Shown: positions 12,860 to 25,400 of the stretch, in pieces | Numbering within the stretch: the stretch's first letter is position 1 | How the letters are laid out: every line of letters starts with the position of its first letter | Assembly (NCBI GenBank): GCA_051362555.1 | Contig: CM120647.1 | Span: forward strand, 15,042,651-15,106,650 | Direction: 5' to 3' | DNA length: 64,000 nucleotides | Source of the DNA: Lingula anatina | Lineage: Eukaryota; Animalia; Brachiopoda | The notes under the pieces: generated by a model | The model's input: the letters and a program-made list of their open reading frames with translations, nothing else | What the model was told of the DNA's origin: nothing | Databases searched by the model: none | Translations under genes and position numbers: made by a program

Positions 12860-13874
12860 ATACTGTGGTCAAGCTCAGTACTGTGGTTTGGAGACAATCT
12901 AAAAATAGACAGATATTGTAAGTACTTTAATTAATATATATAATTAGAGGAACAAAAAAAAAAAATAAATATATATATATACTATAAAACATATCTATAA
13001 TATCATAACTTGTCTCAGAGGGGTTTTACTGTGCTACAAACTTGATGCAGCTCAAATCAAACCAGCTACAGAAGGCAAAAATATAAGAGTTTACAATTAA
13101 TAAAGGCTGCCAGGCTGAAAAAGTCAGAAAATTATGGTGTGGGGTCCATATGCAATGCCAATAGCCAATTGTTGGGAAAACAACAACCCTTAATAAATAA
13201 ATCTCTTTCAAAAATCATTTGTTTATCAATTTGTTTGTTTATCTACATTGATTTAAATAATTTGCAAAGGTTATTAAATAATGAAATAAAATTATGTTCT
13301 CCCTGGTACTAACTGGTGTGACCTTAGGAGTCTTGACTTGAGGTTAAAGTTTTATATCACAAACAATAGCTTAAGACCTGTACATCATAAACTGTACAGT
13401 ACAAGTACATGAACTTCAATGCCAGGCAAAAACTACAACTGATTCTAGAGAATAATTTTAAATAATCATAATATTTTAAATTAATAATATATTTAATTTA
13501 TGATAATTTTAATGTATTATATTTTACATTTAAAAATAGAATCTCTATTGATAAAACACCTTCACTATAAGGTTCAATCAAACCCAAACATCGGGTGTTA
13601 TTAGAAAAATAATAATGGCAAAAAAGTACATAATAGTTATAATAATGTAATGAAAGTGATGACTAGTAAACCAATTGAGAAAAAAATTGATGACTAAACC
13701 TAAAATTAATTTTACTCTACCTGCTCCAGTGACCAACACTGTATCTTCCGTAATGTCTTTCATTCGCCAACTCCATGGTATAAACAGCAATATAAAGGCC
13801 TCTAACAGGTAATAAACTGTAAAAATTAGCGTCTTCAGCGTCTCCAACGCGAGCTCTGCAGGCGTCTCGGCCAT
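6875..13874 (-). CDS. SDR16C5: Epidermal retinol dehydrogenase 2 / SDR16C family short-chain dehydrogenase, 311 aa; exons 13874-13721, 12794-12610, 12031-11900, 10214-9970, 9614-9489 plus one of three alternative last exons
   Basis: N-terminal hydrophobic anchor, TGAGSGIG Rossmann motif, [23 protein letters not shown] catalytic motif, [15 protein letters not shown] introns in phases 1,0,0,2,2; total 936 nt. The symbol is family-level (SDR16C5/RDH10-like). Confidence 0.9.
7419..7706. mobile_element. Diverged Kolobok-like MITE (TTAA-flanked), same family as 29438-29774 in inverted orientation
   Basis: ttaa|agggataacaactc ... gttatcct|ttaa; interior aligns by eye to the reverse complement of 29438-29774 with an internal deletion. 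Confidence 0.7.
8167..8260 (-). CDS. SDR16C alternative last exon B ([31 protein letters not shown])
   Basis: Acceptor ttctgttctctgtggag (rare GAG), 94 nt, phase 2, stop TGA; aligns without gaps to exons A and C. Confidence 0.75.
8863..8956 (-). CDS. SDR16C alternative last exon A ([31 protein letters not shown])
   Basis: Acceptor ttttccatgtag, 94 nt, phase 2, stop TAG; minus-strand AATAAA at 8574-8569. Confidence 0.85.
11688..11840. repeat. Compound (CT)n/(CA)n microsatellite
   Basis: Seen directly in SDR16C intron 3. Confidence 0.9.
12098..12512. mobile_element. MITE-like foldback element with ~48-bp inverted repeats
   Basis: aataaaaatgtaaaaacaaagtcagctcaacaatgatttgcctctaaaa (12098-12146) is nearly the reverse complement of 12464-12512. 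Confidence 0.6.
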
Positions 13875-14315
13875 GGTTGTGATAACGAGCGGTAACTGAT
13901 TACACTGACCCAATTTGTGTGTAAGTGACCTATTTAGGCAAGTATCACTAGCCCAAAGGAGATTTGTAATGTACCTCAACGTATCATTTGTTTGTGCCAG
14001 GTCAAAATGATAAAGTAACTACAAAATTCAAAGGCAACTTGGACATGTTGGTGGCTGCTCAATTAGTGTAAACTACCACTTTAGCAAAAAAACATATGAT
14101 TGATATTTTTTTAGTTTTAACTCAGACAAGACAGCAGCACTCTGTCACCAGATGGCAGGTCAATCAACCAAGACATGACAGGCATTTCCGGCTGTTGCAT
14201 TTCATGGGACAGCAAGTAGTAATATATATGTCGCAGTAGGTAGTAAGGTAGTAAGAGTAAAATAACCATTCCGCGTTTCAAAGGTACTTACAGAGAACAG
14301 TGCTAAGACATACAG
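13875..14315. promoter_or_regulatory. Putative bidirectional promoter of SDR16C (-) and EXTL3 (+), including a candidate non-coding EXTL3 exon 1 ending at donor ACAG|GTAAGG (14315/14316)
   Basis: Head-to-head geometry, TTCCGG ETS-like core near 14186, strong + strand donor, and downstream + strand acceptors (candidate UTR exon 20256-20478; acceptor at 22078). Inference only. Confidence 0.4.
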
Positions 14316-15329
14316 GTAAGGAAAAGATGTTCCATTTGTTTCCCGTTAATTCAAGATTATTGTGTGTACAACCCTCTCCCAGTTGAAGAGTGCATGCCTT
14401 CACAGATAAACTTTTTTTCTGTCAATTTGTCTCAAAGATGGATCAGTGAACAAGGAAAGCTACTGAATTCTTAATATTTATGAAAACTTGTTGGGGTCAG
14501 TTCTGCATTGGATATATATGATATTGAAACTTGGATTGGTTTTTAACCGGAGGAAATTTGTTGTCACTTGACCTCAGCCCCTAACACTGTTATATTTAAT
14601 TTTTTCTATTTGATTCACGGTAGTTTCCTAGTCAAACAGAGGAGTGAAAATGTAAAGTGAAATGGTCTTCAGTTGTATCTGTGTTGCAGTAGGAAATGTC
14701 TCGCTTTTTGTCAAGATTATCAATTATTTTACCACTATTCTTGAAAAGATTTGAGAATTTTTGTCAACTTATCATGTGTGGCCTTATATTAATTTATTTT
14801 ATCTATTTACCACTTAAGAGAGATGACTATATACACTTACAAAATCTATATATATAAAATCTAAAACTATATACTGAGTATATTAAAAAATGACAAGATT
14901 AAGATAGTCAAAAACAGAATAATAAGATACTAAAATGCTTTCAAAATTAAAAAAAAATAATATCTGTATTGTATTCCCCATCCATCAGTAGAACCATTGG
15001 TAGCACAGAATATTACATTTTTATATCTTCCACACTGGAATGGATAGATAACTAATAGTATATTGCACATTTGAGACAGAAATAAGGTAATTTTAAGTTT
15101 TGCACTACCTTCCAACACTACCAAGTGTAGGTCTTTGCTTTTTTTTTTCTTGCTTTTTTTTCCCTCAAAATTAAAAAAAGAGTGAATTTCCAAACTAACA
15201 GAAACATTCCACAAAAGTACCTCCTAACTTAATTTATCAAAAATCTAAGACTTACAAGGTGGGGAAGATCCTGCAAAGGTAATAAAATGTTTACTGGTTT
15301 AAATATTATTAAGTATAAATTATTAAGTA

Positions 15330-15511
<182 letters not shown>

Positions 15512-16158
15512 GCATAATAAGTGTCTGTGGACTTCTTTTTTCTTTGAAGATGACTATCCATGGGCAGATATCTGAGGATACTTGTATTTTTTGTGTGTGT
15601 CAAAAGGGGCAAATTCTTACCAGATATTCAATTGCTTTTTTTTGATATATATATTTACTAAGCCAGAAATTAAAAAAAAAGGTCAGAATTTCATGTAGAA
15701 ACCCTTTAAAAGCTGTCCAATTCTCATTTAAAAAAGTAAAATAAAGCTTGTATTCCGTAATTTTCTGTGAAAATCATTGCCTTTTAGTTGTAAAAAGGAA
15801 GAAGAAAAAAGAAAGAAAGAAAAAGTCTGATCGAATTTCAACCAAAATATCAGGTTTGTGTAAATTTTTTCCATGTCATGTTGTGAAAAAAAAATGCTTT
15901 TTAACCAAATTTTTGAAGTACTTAAAAAGCTCTCTATCTGCAGTTTTCAAATCATTTACAAGTTAATTTTTGTAAGAATCAGATGTAAAGGGAAAAAAAC
16001 ACCAAATTCCAAACATGCTATCGAGTATCTTTTTTTCTGCCATGTGGCATTTTGTAAAAAATTGCTCTGAAGCCATCTGGAGGTAAGTCATCTGTGAAAT
16101 TGTATGTAAAGTTACCACTTGATTTGTGTTTGCCGTGTCAAGGGGCAGATTTACACGG

Positions 16159-16189
<31 letters not shown>

Positions 16190-16881
16190 TGGGGGGGGGG
16201 GGTTAGATGGTTAGATCACCAGTTAGACAACAGTAATGCACGTACTTAGTACTATACTAGTAATTAGGCACAAAAGTTAAAACCAGAATGATCTATCGAT
16301 AAAGGTAAAAAAAATGTTACCCAAGAAATATCAGTATTTTCCCCTCTTTCCCATGAATTTAAACTGAATTTGCCCCCTGGTTATTTGTTATGTACAGCAT
16401 TCGTTTTGGAAGAGAGTTCTACCGTCTTGTTTGCTAATGAGTTCTGACATGTAAGGAGACAGTGCACATACTTTTAAGTCTGTGCAATTGTTTTCTATAA
16501 ATCATTCTTTTGTTTTCCTTGGGTTAAGGCCTTTGTAAGGCAATCCTCTCAGTGTTGGAGACTTTAAGAATGCATTTAATTTTTTTGTCCTTTCTTTAGA
16601 AATGTTAAAATTCCTTACTGGGTGTTGTTTATTGTTGCTGCAGAGTTTCTAATTTTATTAGAGTTGATAAGAAAATGGCATGCTTGTGGGTCGCTTTTCA
16701 AAGGTCATTTGAGGTCCCAAATCTTTCAACTTCTGGCAACTTCTGATGATTAACTTTGGGTTTTTGACATACATTAAGCTGATTGACATATGTCACTGCC
16801 ATATGTGCCACCTTAACCAGCAAAAAAACATGGCAAAATACAGAAAGCCACAAAGTCTTACAGTACATGGTTTTCCATCAA

Positions 16882-19108
16882 TTTTTATGTACAGACACAG
16901 ATGTGTCTGTACATATTGCCATCACCTGCGTCTGTCGTCGCCGTCGCCGTCGCCGTCGCCGATCATGTCGCCGTGCACTTTCAGCGTTAACACTATAAGT
17001 GGAAGACAGTTTTACTTTTTGGCTTTATATTTACAGAGCTGATGAATATTCATAAAACGCAGGTCAAGTTCGAAAATCAGCATGATCGGGCCATTATTGT
17101 AGAATTTATGCTGTTTTTTTCACTTTTCAGCATATATGCAACACTGTTAACACATTTCAAGGAAAACCGATAGGCCTGTTGTCATGAAACTCACAGGAGT
17201 AATCAATCTTACTAAAACACAGGTCAAGTTTGAAAATCAGCATGATCGGACCATTATTTTATAAGTTATGCTGTTTTTTCACTTTTCAGCATATATGCAA
17301 AACTGTTAACACATTTCAAGGAAAACCCATAGGCCTGTTGTCATGAAACTCGAAGGAGTAATCAATCTTACTAAAACGCAGGTCAAGTTTGAAAAATCAG
17401 CATAATCGGACCATTATTTTATAAGTTATGCTGTTTTTTCACATTTCCTCAGATTCAATTCTTAGGCCTGTTAACAGTCTCTTTATTTAATTAATAAGAT
17501 ACGTAAAAGTGTTTGTTTGACATTTCCTGCATCTTTACAACATTGTTAGTTGATTACGTAAAAATGATGGTAAACCTGTATTCGTGTATTGTGTAATAAG
17601 GTGTCAAAAATGGAAATAAACTCATATCATTGCAGTTTGTAAGATTCAATCATTCACTATGTTCAGAAACTCAGAATGGAGGAAATTGGACATTTGACTC
17701 TGTTCTATTGATATTTTTCACATCTCATCAATTTTCTTAGTTGATCATAAAAAAATGGCAGTAAACTGTTAATTTTGTTTTATGTTAAAAAAGTGTTAAA
17801 AATGGAAATAAACCCATTTCAGAATAGTGCTGTCTTGTTTCACATTTCCTCAGATTCAATTTTTAGGCATGTTAACAGTTTCATTATTTAATTAAAAAGA
17901 TAAGTAAAAGTGTTTGTTTGACATTTCCTGCATCTTTACAACATTGTTAGTTGATTTTGTAAAAATGATGGTAAACTTGTTATCGTGTATTGTGTAATAA
18001 AGTTTCAAAAATGGAAATAAACTCATATCATTGCAGTTTGTAAGATTCAATCATTCACTATGTTCAGAAACTCAGAATGGAGGAAATTGGACATTTGACA
18101 CTGTTCTATTGATATTTTCCCATCTCATCAATTTTCTTAGTTGATCATATAAAAATGGCAGTAAACTGTTAATTTTGTTTTATGTTAAAAAAGTGTTAAA
18201 AATGAAAAAAAAAATTTCAGAACAGTGCTGTCTTGTTTACATTTTGGCATTTTCAAGTTGTGACTTTGAAGTTCCATGGGCCTGAAGACCTTTGCTAGTC
18301 ACATTTTCTGAATATCCATAATACTAATATTTTATTATTAAAAATTGATGGTCATTATGCTGTTAAACGTTATGTAATATTGCATCAAAATTTGGAAAAA
18401 AAAATATTTTGGGCACTGCTCCCATGATGACCATTAAGAAAAATCATGTCACTTACTGTTCTCAAACTTACAGGAAAGAAACATGGGACTAAAATACAGC
18501 TTCAGTAGGCAATGCAGTCTGTTTGGTAATTCTTTCTGCTAGTTAAACAGTTTTTTTTTTTTGTGAAAATTTAATATTTCACATATTGGCATTTTCAAGG
18601 TATGACTTTGAAGTTCCACGGGCTTGAAGACCCATGATAGTCACATTTTCTGAAAATCCATGATACATATATTTTATTATTAAAAATTGACGGTCATAAT
18701 CCTGTTAACCATTATGTAATATTGCATCAGAATAGAAGAAAACACAATTTTGGGTACTGCTGCCATGATGACCATTATGGGAAAACCATGTTACTTATGA
18801 TTGCCAAACTTTCAAAAAAGAAATACAGGACTAAAATGCAGCCCGAGTTGGAAAAGCAGTCTAATTGGCTTCTTTTTCTGGAAGTTATACATTTTCAAAG
18901 TGTGAACTTGAACTCCCATGGGCCTGAAGCCTTATGCTTGTTACACATTTTACTTACATTGGTATTACCTGTTGAGCATAATTAAAATTTGATGTTGAAT
19001 TTGCAGTTTAACATAATGTACTTTTGCATCAGAATTGACAGTAGCCTATTTTGTGCATAGTTATTTCCTGCTTTTTGTCTGTACATTTGACAGCTTTGCT
19101 GCCTTGTT
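16882..19108 (+). mobile_element. Full-length non-autonomous Helentron (HINE/DINE-1-like) carrying internal tandem arrays
   Basis: 5' T-run, subTIR atgtacagacaca with adjacent inverted copy tgtgtctgtacat, (GTCGCC)n microsatellite, internal ~160-bp, ~390-bp and ~340-bp duplications, 3' subTIR tgtctgtacat (19076-19086), short hairpin cagc-ttt-gctg and a ttgtt end. Confidence 0.75.
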
Positions 19109-20085
19109 AAAAATTGTTACTAGTAGTTGTAACTTTTATAGTTTCAGTTGGCTAGGCCACAATATAATATAAATTGTTATCAATTATTTATGATGCTTTA
19201 CTATAAAATTACCCTTTATCATTTCTTATGTAATTATACATATATATTTCTACTCATACAGGAGGCAGTTTGTATTCCTCCCCCTTTCCCTTCATATTTT
19301 TCCTTGTCCTTGCAGTGGTAGGAAAGAGGGGCATAAAATTTGACAATTTTATCAAAGAAAAAGAGAGTAATCAAGGGGCACTAGTAAGGGAAATTTTCAT
19401 GAGGTAATTTGGATTATTCATCCTCATATATTTTTATAGACTTTGCATCAGCAGGGTAGAGAAAAATAGGATGAGAGAGAGAGGGTAATTAAAGAGAGAA
19501 AGAGAGAAAAGGAAGTTGTGAAGCACCAAATATCAGATACCATAATCTACCTTCACTTAACTGTGCTAATCAGCTGGAAATGAAGCACATAATGAACAGC
19601 TGATCACGGCTGTCTGTTTAGATGCAGTAAGATAATTGATGAGATCAGATTCTTCCCAAGAGCTAGCAGCTGTCTCCTCACTAGTTGCATAATCCTGCCA
19701 AGATTAAAAATCATGTTTTGCAAGGGTTATCTTTGCACCAATAATGTTTTGCCTGGGAACTTTTTTTTCTTAACAGGAAGGGTGCCCGAAAACTCCTGTA
19801 CTCAGGCTAGTAATGCCAATGAAATCATTTGTGGTTAAGTTCAATTTGTCTTGGTTTTTAAGTTAATGAGGCAAGACTTCACTTCAAACATAGCCAGACA
19901 AAGAAAATAACCTTCAAAAATATGCACTGCGTTGGTCTTTGCTCGCCTTTATTGTAAAATGATATATTGTTTTGAAATGAAAAAAGAAGATAAAGATTTA
20001 GCAACTGACTTACTGATAATAGAGAACAGGTTAACCCAAAAAATTGTCTGAAGTTGATGGTTATAGTAGATCTGTGTTCAGTTTT

Positions 20086-20088
<3 letters not shown>

Positions 20089-20140
<52 letters not shown>
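20089..20140. repeat. (TA)n microsatellite
   Basis: Perfect dinucleotide run. Confidence 0.95.
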
Positions 20141-20142
<2 letters not shown>

Positions 20143-22448
20143 GTTTCTCAAATCAACCTGACAATGTACATAGCACCCTGCGCAGGCTTTGTTGGTATTC
20201 CATATATACTATTAGTATGTCCCAAGGGAATGTAACAGAGACCTTTTCTTCATAGGCTGACTATAAAAAAAGGAACCGAGGAAGCAGTAGTCCCAATCAC
20301 AGCCAACGAGAACCAAGACAGGCTACAATTAAGTGACCTCATTTTGTTAGAGAATCTCTCTCTAATTGAATTATCTCTATACTGGGTGTTGTACCATCAG
20401 GCCACAGGGCCCAACCCATAGTGCATGTACTTGTGGTATCTCAAGGCTGACATTGATGATGTTGATGTTCAAATCAGGTAATTTATTTTTCCTGATGTGT
20501 GTATTAAAATGGAAAAGTGTAAAGATAAATGTATGGGCATACTAGAACGAGAAATCAAACTTGTCTATTGTGCACATAGCTTTAATTTGAGGTCCTAATT
20601 GAGTAAAAAAAATCAGATTATTTGTAGAGCCTATTTATCTCACACACACACACCCTCCCTCATTAAAAAGAGTACAAGAAGGGAAAAAAGAAAAAAGAAA
20701 CCATGTTTACTAGTACTACATGTAGCAGTGAGAATGTGAAAAAGAGTTACACCAAACCCAGGACACCTCATTTTCCTCTGAAGGCTAGTTTAGATGACTT
20801 CAAGATATGAACAAAAAACTATGTGAACGCAAATGAAATCAACCTTGCTAATTCCAGGAGTCAGACAGATAACTAAAGACTACAGCTTTACATATTTACT
20901 TAGGAAGCTGCCCTAAATGTTTTCACACAGCCCCCAGGATAGCTTGGAGGGTGCATGCTTCCACTACAGAACACTGGATCGAGAGTTGGTCTTAACTTTT
21001 TCACCAAAATTTAGACCCATTTCTGTACAAGATTTATCTGCAGTAGTTCACTGTGATGACCTAACATCCATTTCTTTCTTGAAACAAGGCAGGTGCTGGC
21101 CCATAGCCAGCGATTTCAAGGTGAGGGGGGTCTTTTTCTGAAAAAGTTGACCTTCTACCACAAAATCTCAATTTGATCTAGAACAATTTCTGCTTAGAGC
21201 TGACCTTTTCCCAACAAAAATGGTGGTTTGTTCACCTCCCCCCCCCCCAGAACTCCCCACACCAGCTTACAGACTAAGGTTGGATCTTATTGCCTTGAAT
21301 TTGAATACAACTGATTTATTTTGGGTCAAAGTTGACTCAAGTATTATTTTTCAAAAAATTATATCAGCTTTCGGTTGCAAAACTATTCTGTGAAAACTGG
21401 ACCCTGGATTTGTTTCGTCCAGACACTAATAAGATCCACCTTGATAATTACCTGGATTGGACAGCTAATGGACAGCTAATGGGCAGTGATGGACAAACAG
21501 CTGTCTGACCAGGTATAATACACCACAAAACACATGCCAGATTAAGTGAGAGATTAAGGAAAAGATTAAGAAGGAATCTGGCAAAAGAAAATGACCTCTG
21601 GAGGCACTTTCTGAGTTTTTACTAGGCCTTCAGAAAATTTCTTGGACTACTCTGGAAGTGCTTTGAGTAGAAGAGTAGAAAAGTCACAGTTATTGATAGA
21701 TCTCTCAGGGACTTGGTTTAAAACTTTCAGGTGTAAAGCTATGTGATGTAGTACACTACATGTGTGATGTTTTTTTTGACATAGTTGTATATATTGTATT
21801 ATTTTTTAATTTTAATTTGGTCTTAGGCTAGTTGTTCTCCTCTACTAGTTTTCAGGTGTAAGAGACTGGAACAGTTACTCCATGGAAGAGAGTAATGCAT
21901 GAGCATACTAGAATTTAAAGTTTAATTTTTTTTATTTACAAAAATAAAAAAACAGTAAAAACAAAAAAGATAAACTCAAGTACAAGTAATCCCGAAAATA
22001 TAAGATTAAAATAAGATAATAGATGATTTTAATCTAAACATGGTTTCTGATTTATCTTTAATTTCTTACTTCTTTCAGGGTTTAAAAATGAAGTGAAGAA
22101 GATGTAGAACCTGCTTTCTTGCTGGGACCAAATGTAAGGAATATCAGTTATTATGACACATTGGAGCCAACCTCATGGTATTTTCAAGGGAATCCGTTTG
22201 CTGATCACAATTACAATGACATCCAGTAAACAGAATGGTTCAGAAATTCAATTCATGATACGCCTAAGAAAAATGACTATTTCCTAATGTTTGCCAAAAG
22301 ACCATAGTAATAAGTCTTCAGATTTCTAAGCAAATATGACATAAATTCTGCAACAATGGTGTCCTAATGCTTTTACCAAAGAGGTAAGGCTACTAGTACC
22401 ATCTCTGTTACTTGTTGATGCGAGCTCATCGTTCACCTACAAAACAAG

Positions 22449-25400
22449 ATGGCGTCCTATGAAAATATCTCCAGCAGAGGGCGTGGGTGGCTAAATCGAA
22501 TCAAATTATGGAAACTTATCATAATTCTGTCAATCATTTTGATCACTGTTCCCTTGGTAGCACATTATTATTTATCCAGCATCGGGGACGAAGGTCAAGT
22601 GGGTGGAGGTCGAAGATCAAGGTCTACCATGAATCACAATGAAGAGCCCAATTGCTGTGGGCAACCGTCGAGTTTAAGGTCACAAATTGAGGAATTGAAA
22701 AGAATAAAGGCGAGCGTAAATAAAGAGTTGGTTGAGATGGAAAGTCGGCAGCAGAAGTTGAGGGTGGAAATTCAAGGATATAATACCCACATCGAGAAAT
22801 TAAAAAATCAGTATGAAACAACAAACAAGGACCTGGAAAAACTGAAAGTTAGCATTGAGCAAGCCAGGATTGCTATGGCCGAAGCCGCAGAGAGAAACAT
22901 GCCAGAAATTCATGCTCCACGGAGAATATTGCCCAGTGCTGATGACGAGGTTTATATTTCGCCACCTTTTTTACCTCATTCGTGCAGCATGCACACATGT
23001 TTTGATTATTCCCGTTGTGCGTTATCATCACAGTTCCCAGTATATTTCTACAATCCTGATGACAGAGATTTTCCATCAATAGAGTTGAACTCTTTAGTAA
23101 AGGAGGCTGTGAAAAGTGTCCTGGGTGGAACACCATACAGGACCCATGATGCAACTGCCGCCTGTGTGTTTATAGTGCTTGTTGGGGAGTCCAATGTCCT
23201 AAACAACAAAGCTGCTTTTCAGGAACAGCTGTATAATCTACCCCATTGGAAAGGCGATGGTAGAAATCACATATTACTCAACCTTCCTATGACTAATACT
23301 CATCGAGACATTTTTCAGGGTGTTAACACAGGGCGCGCCATGCTGGCCCAGTCTTCTTTCACTGCCAACCAATTTAGGCCAGGATTTGATGTTGTCCTGC
23401 CGCCAAATTTTGGGAGAGTTTCTGGAGATTTGTGGGACGATTTGCAAAGTCTGGTGCCATTGAGGAAGAAGTATCTCTTGTCTTTCATTGGAGAGTACAC
23501 AAGGCACGAGAGCAACGGCACCTCAGCCAATCAGATTGGAGGAGACAAATACATTCGGAATGGAGTGTTCTCCAATCAAGGTGACTTTAACAGTGCCAGG
23601 ATTTTGACTGTAAATCCAAATAACCATGACAGGCACATACTCTCTGTTCAGGAGGTTACTAGTGATGATATTTTTGTGGTCAGTACTTTGAAAAAAATGT
23701 ACATGTCCACGCAAGATAGTTTCTTCTTTCAGTATAGCTGTGATAAAGAGGGAGTCCAAGATGAACCCACAGTTTGGACTCTCTGTTCTCCAGATTTGAA
23801 GAGACACGAGGTTCTTAAACAGTCAACATTCAGTCTCATATTGGCACCTAGCAATTTCAGTCTGGTGTCAACAATTTCCATTCAAACGAGGCTTTACGAG
23901 GCATTGAAATACGGCGCAGTGCCAGTCATCGTGGGTGAGCACCTGCGGTTGCCGTTTGAGGATATTCTTGACTGGCGAAAGGCAGCCATTATTGTTCCTT
24001 CAGCCAGAATAACAGAGCTTCATTTTTTCATCAGAACGATATCCGATCCAGACCTCTTCCAGCTGAGATACACCGGTAGATTATATTTCGAGCAGTATAT
24101 GGGTTCCACAAAACACATACTGAATACATTACTAGCAGGTTTAAGGTTTAGATTGCAGATTCCTCCATTACCTACTAAAGCTGAACCATCACCAAGTATT
24201 TTCGATAATTCCACGGTGCCTTTAAAAATGGATGCTGCTGATATCGAACCAGAGAGTGATGAGGTTCTAGGGCCAACGGAGCCGCCATTTCCATCACAGG
24301 AATATACTAGGAATTTCACAATATCGCGTGAAGTTTTTCATCACCCCGGTGATCCGTTCCATCTCTATCCTCACACGCCATTCCAACCTCTACTTGGCTC
24401 TGAAGCTAAATTTCTGGGTAAGTATTAAAACTGAAAAAATGCATTTAGAATAAAAAAATCTATGAGGGCACAGTTTTATGAAATTAAAGTGCCCTATGTT
24501 CAAGAAACAAGAAGTTTTTTACAGTCTGGCTCTAAGAAATAGATTACAATGTGATAACTTGATAAAATGCATGAGAGGGACTAAAAAGTACAGACACAAT
24601 TAAAAATGTAAATATTATTTTAAAAGTGAAATATATATATTTTATCTTCATTAACTTCTACATTAAAGGTTTTCTTACACAAAGAGTTTATAGATATGAA
24701 TTCTTTAACTGAAATTGTTTTTCAGTAGTTAGGAATAAATGGGCTTATTCTAACTTGAAATAAGATATATTGGTATTTTTCATACATAAACCAGTTTGCT
24801 CAAATAAAATCGATTTTTAATAATTTTTTCCAGGTTCAGGGCTGGGATTCCGTCCAATAGGGAAAGGTGCAGGGGGTTCTGGGAAGGAATTTAACGAGGC
24901 ACTGGGGGGAAATTTGCCTCGAGAACAGTTTACCAGTAAGATATGAATTACTAGTAAATATTTATTTAAAAAAAAACTGGGTCATTATTTTTTCATTGAT
25001 AATGAATTAATTTTCTTTAACTTATTCAGTCAGAAACGAAATGGTGGAAATGTTAAATTAACAGAGATGGACATTTTGGCTCAGGGTTGTATTGAAAGGG
25101 AGGGGGGAGTGCAGAATCCTTTCTAAATAAATTTGTGGGAAGTACAAAGTAAAAAAAAAATTAAATTAAATTGTGTTATTTTTCAGTTGTGATGCTCACA
25201 TACGAGAGAGAATCAGTCCTCATTAATGCCATACAGAGACTGAAAGGATTACCATTTCTCAATAAAGTTGTGGTCGTTTGGAACAGTCCTGGAAGGCCAT
25301 CGCCAGACCTGCGCTGGCCTGATATAGGTGTGCCAGTACATGTAAGTACAATATAAAGAAACAGAATGATTTTCCAGAAATTCCTGTGGTCCCGCTCAGT

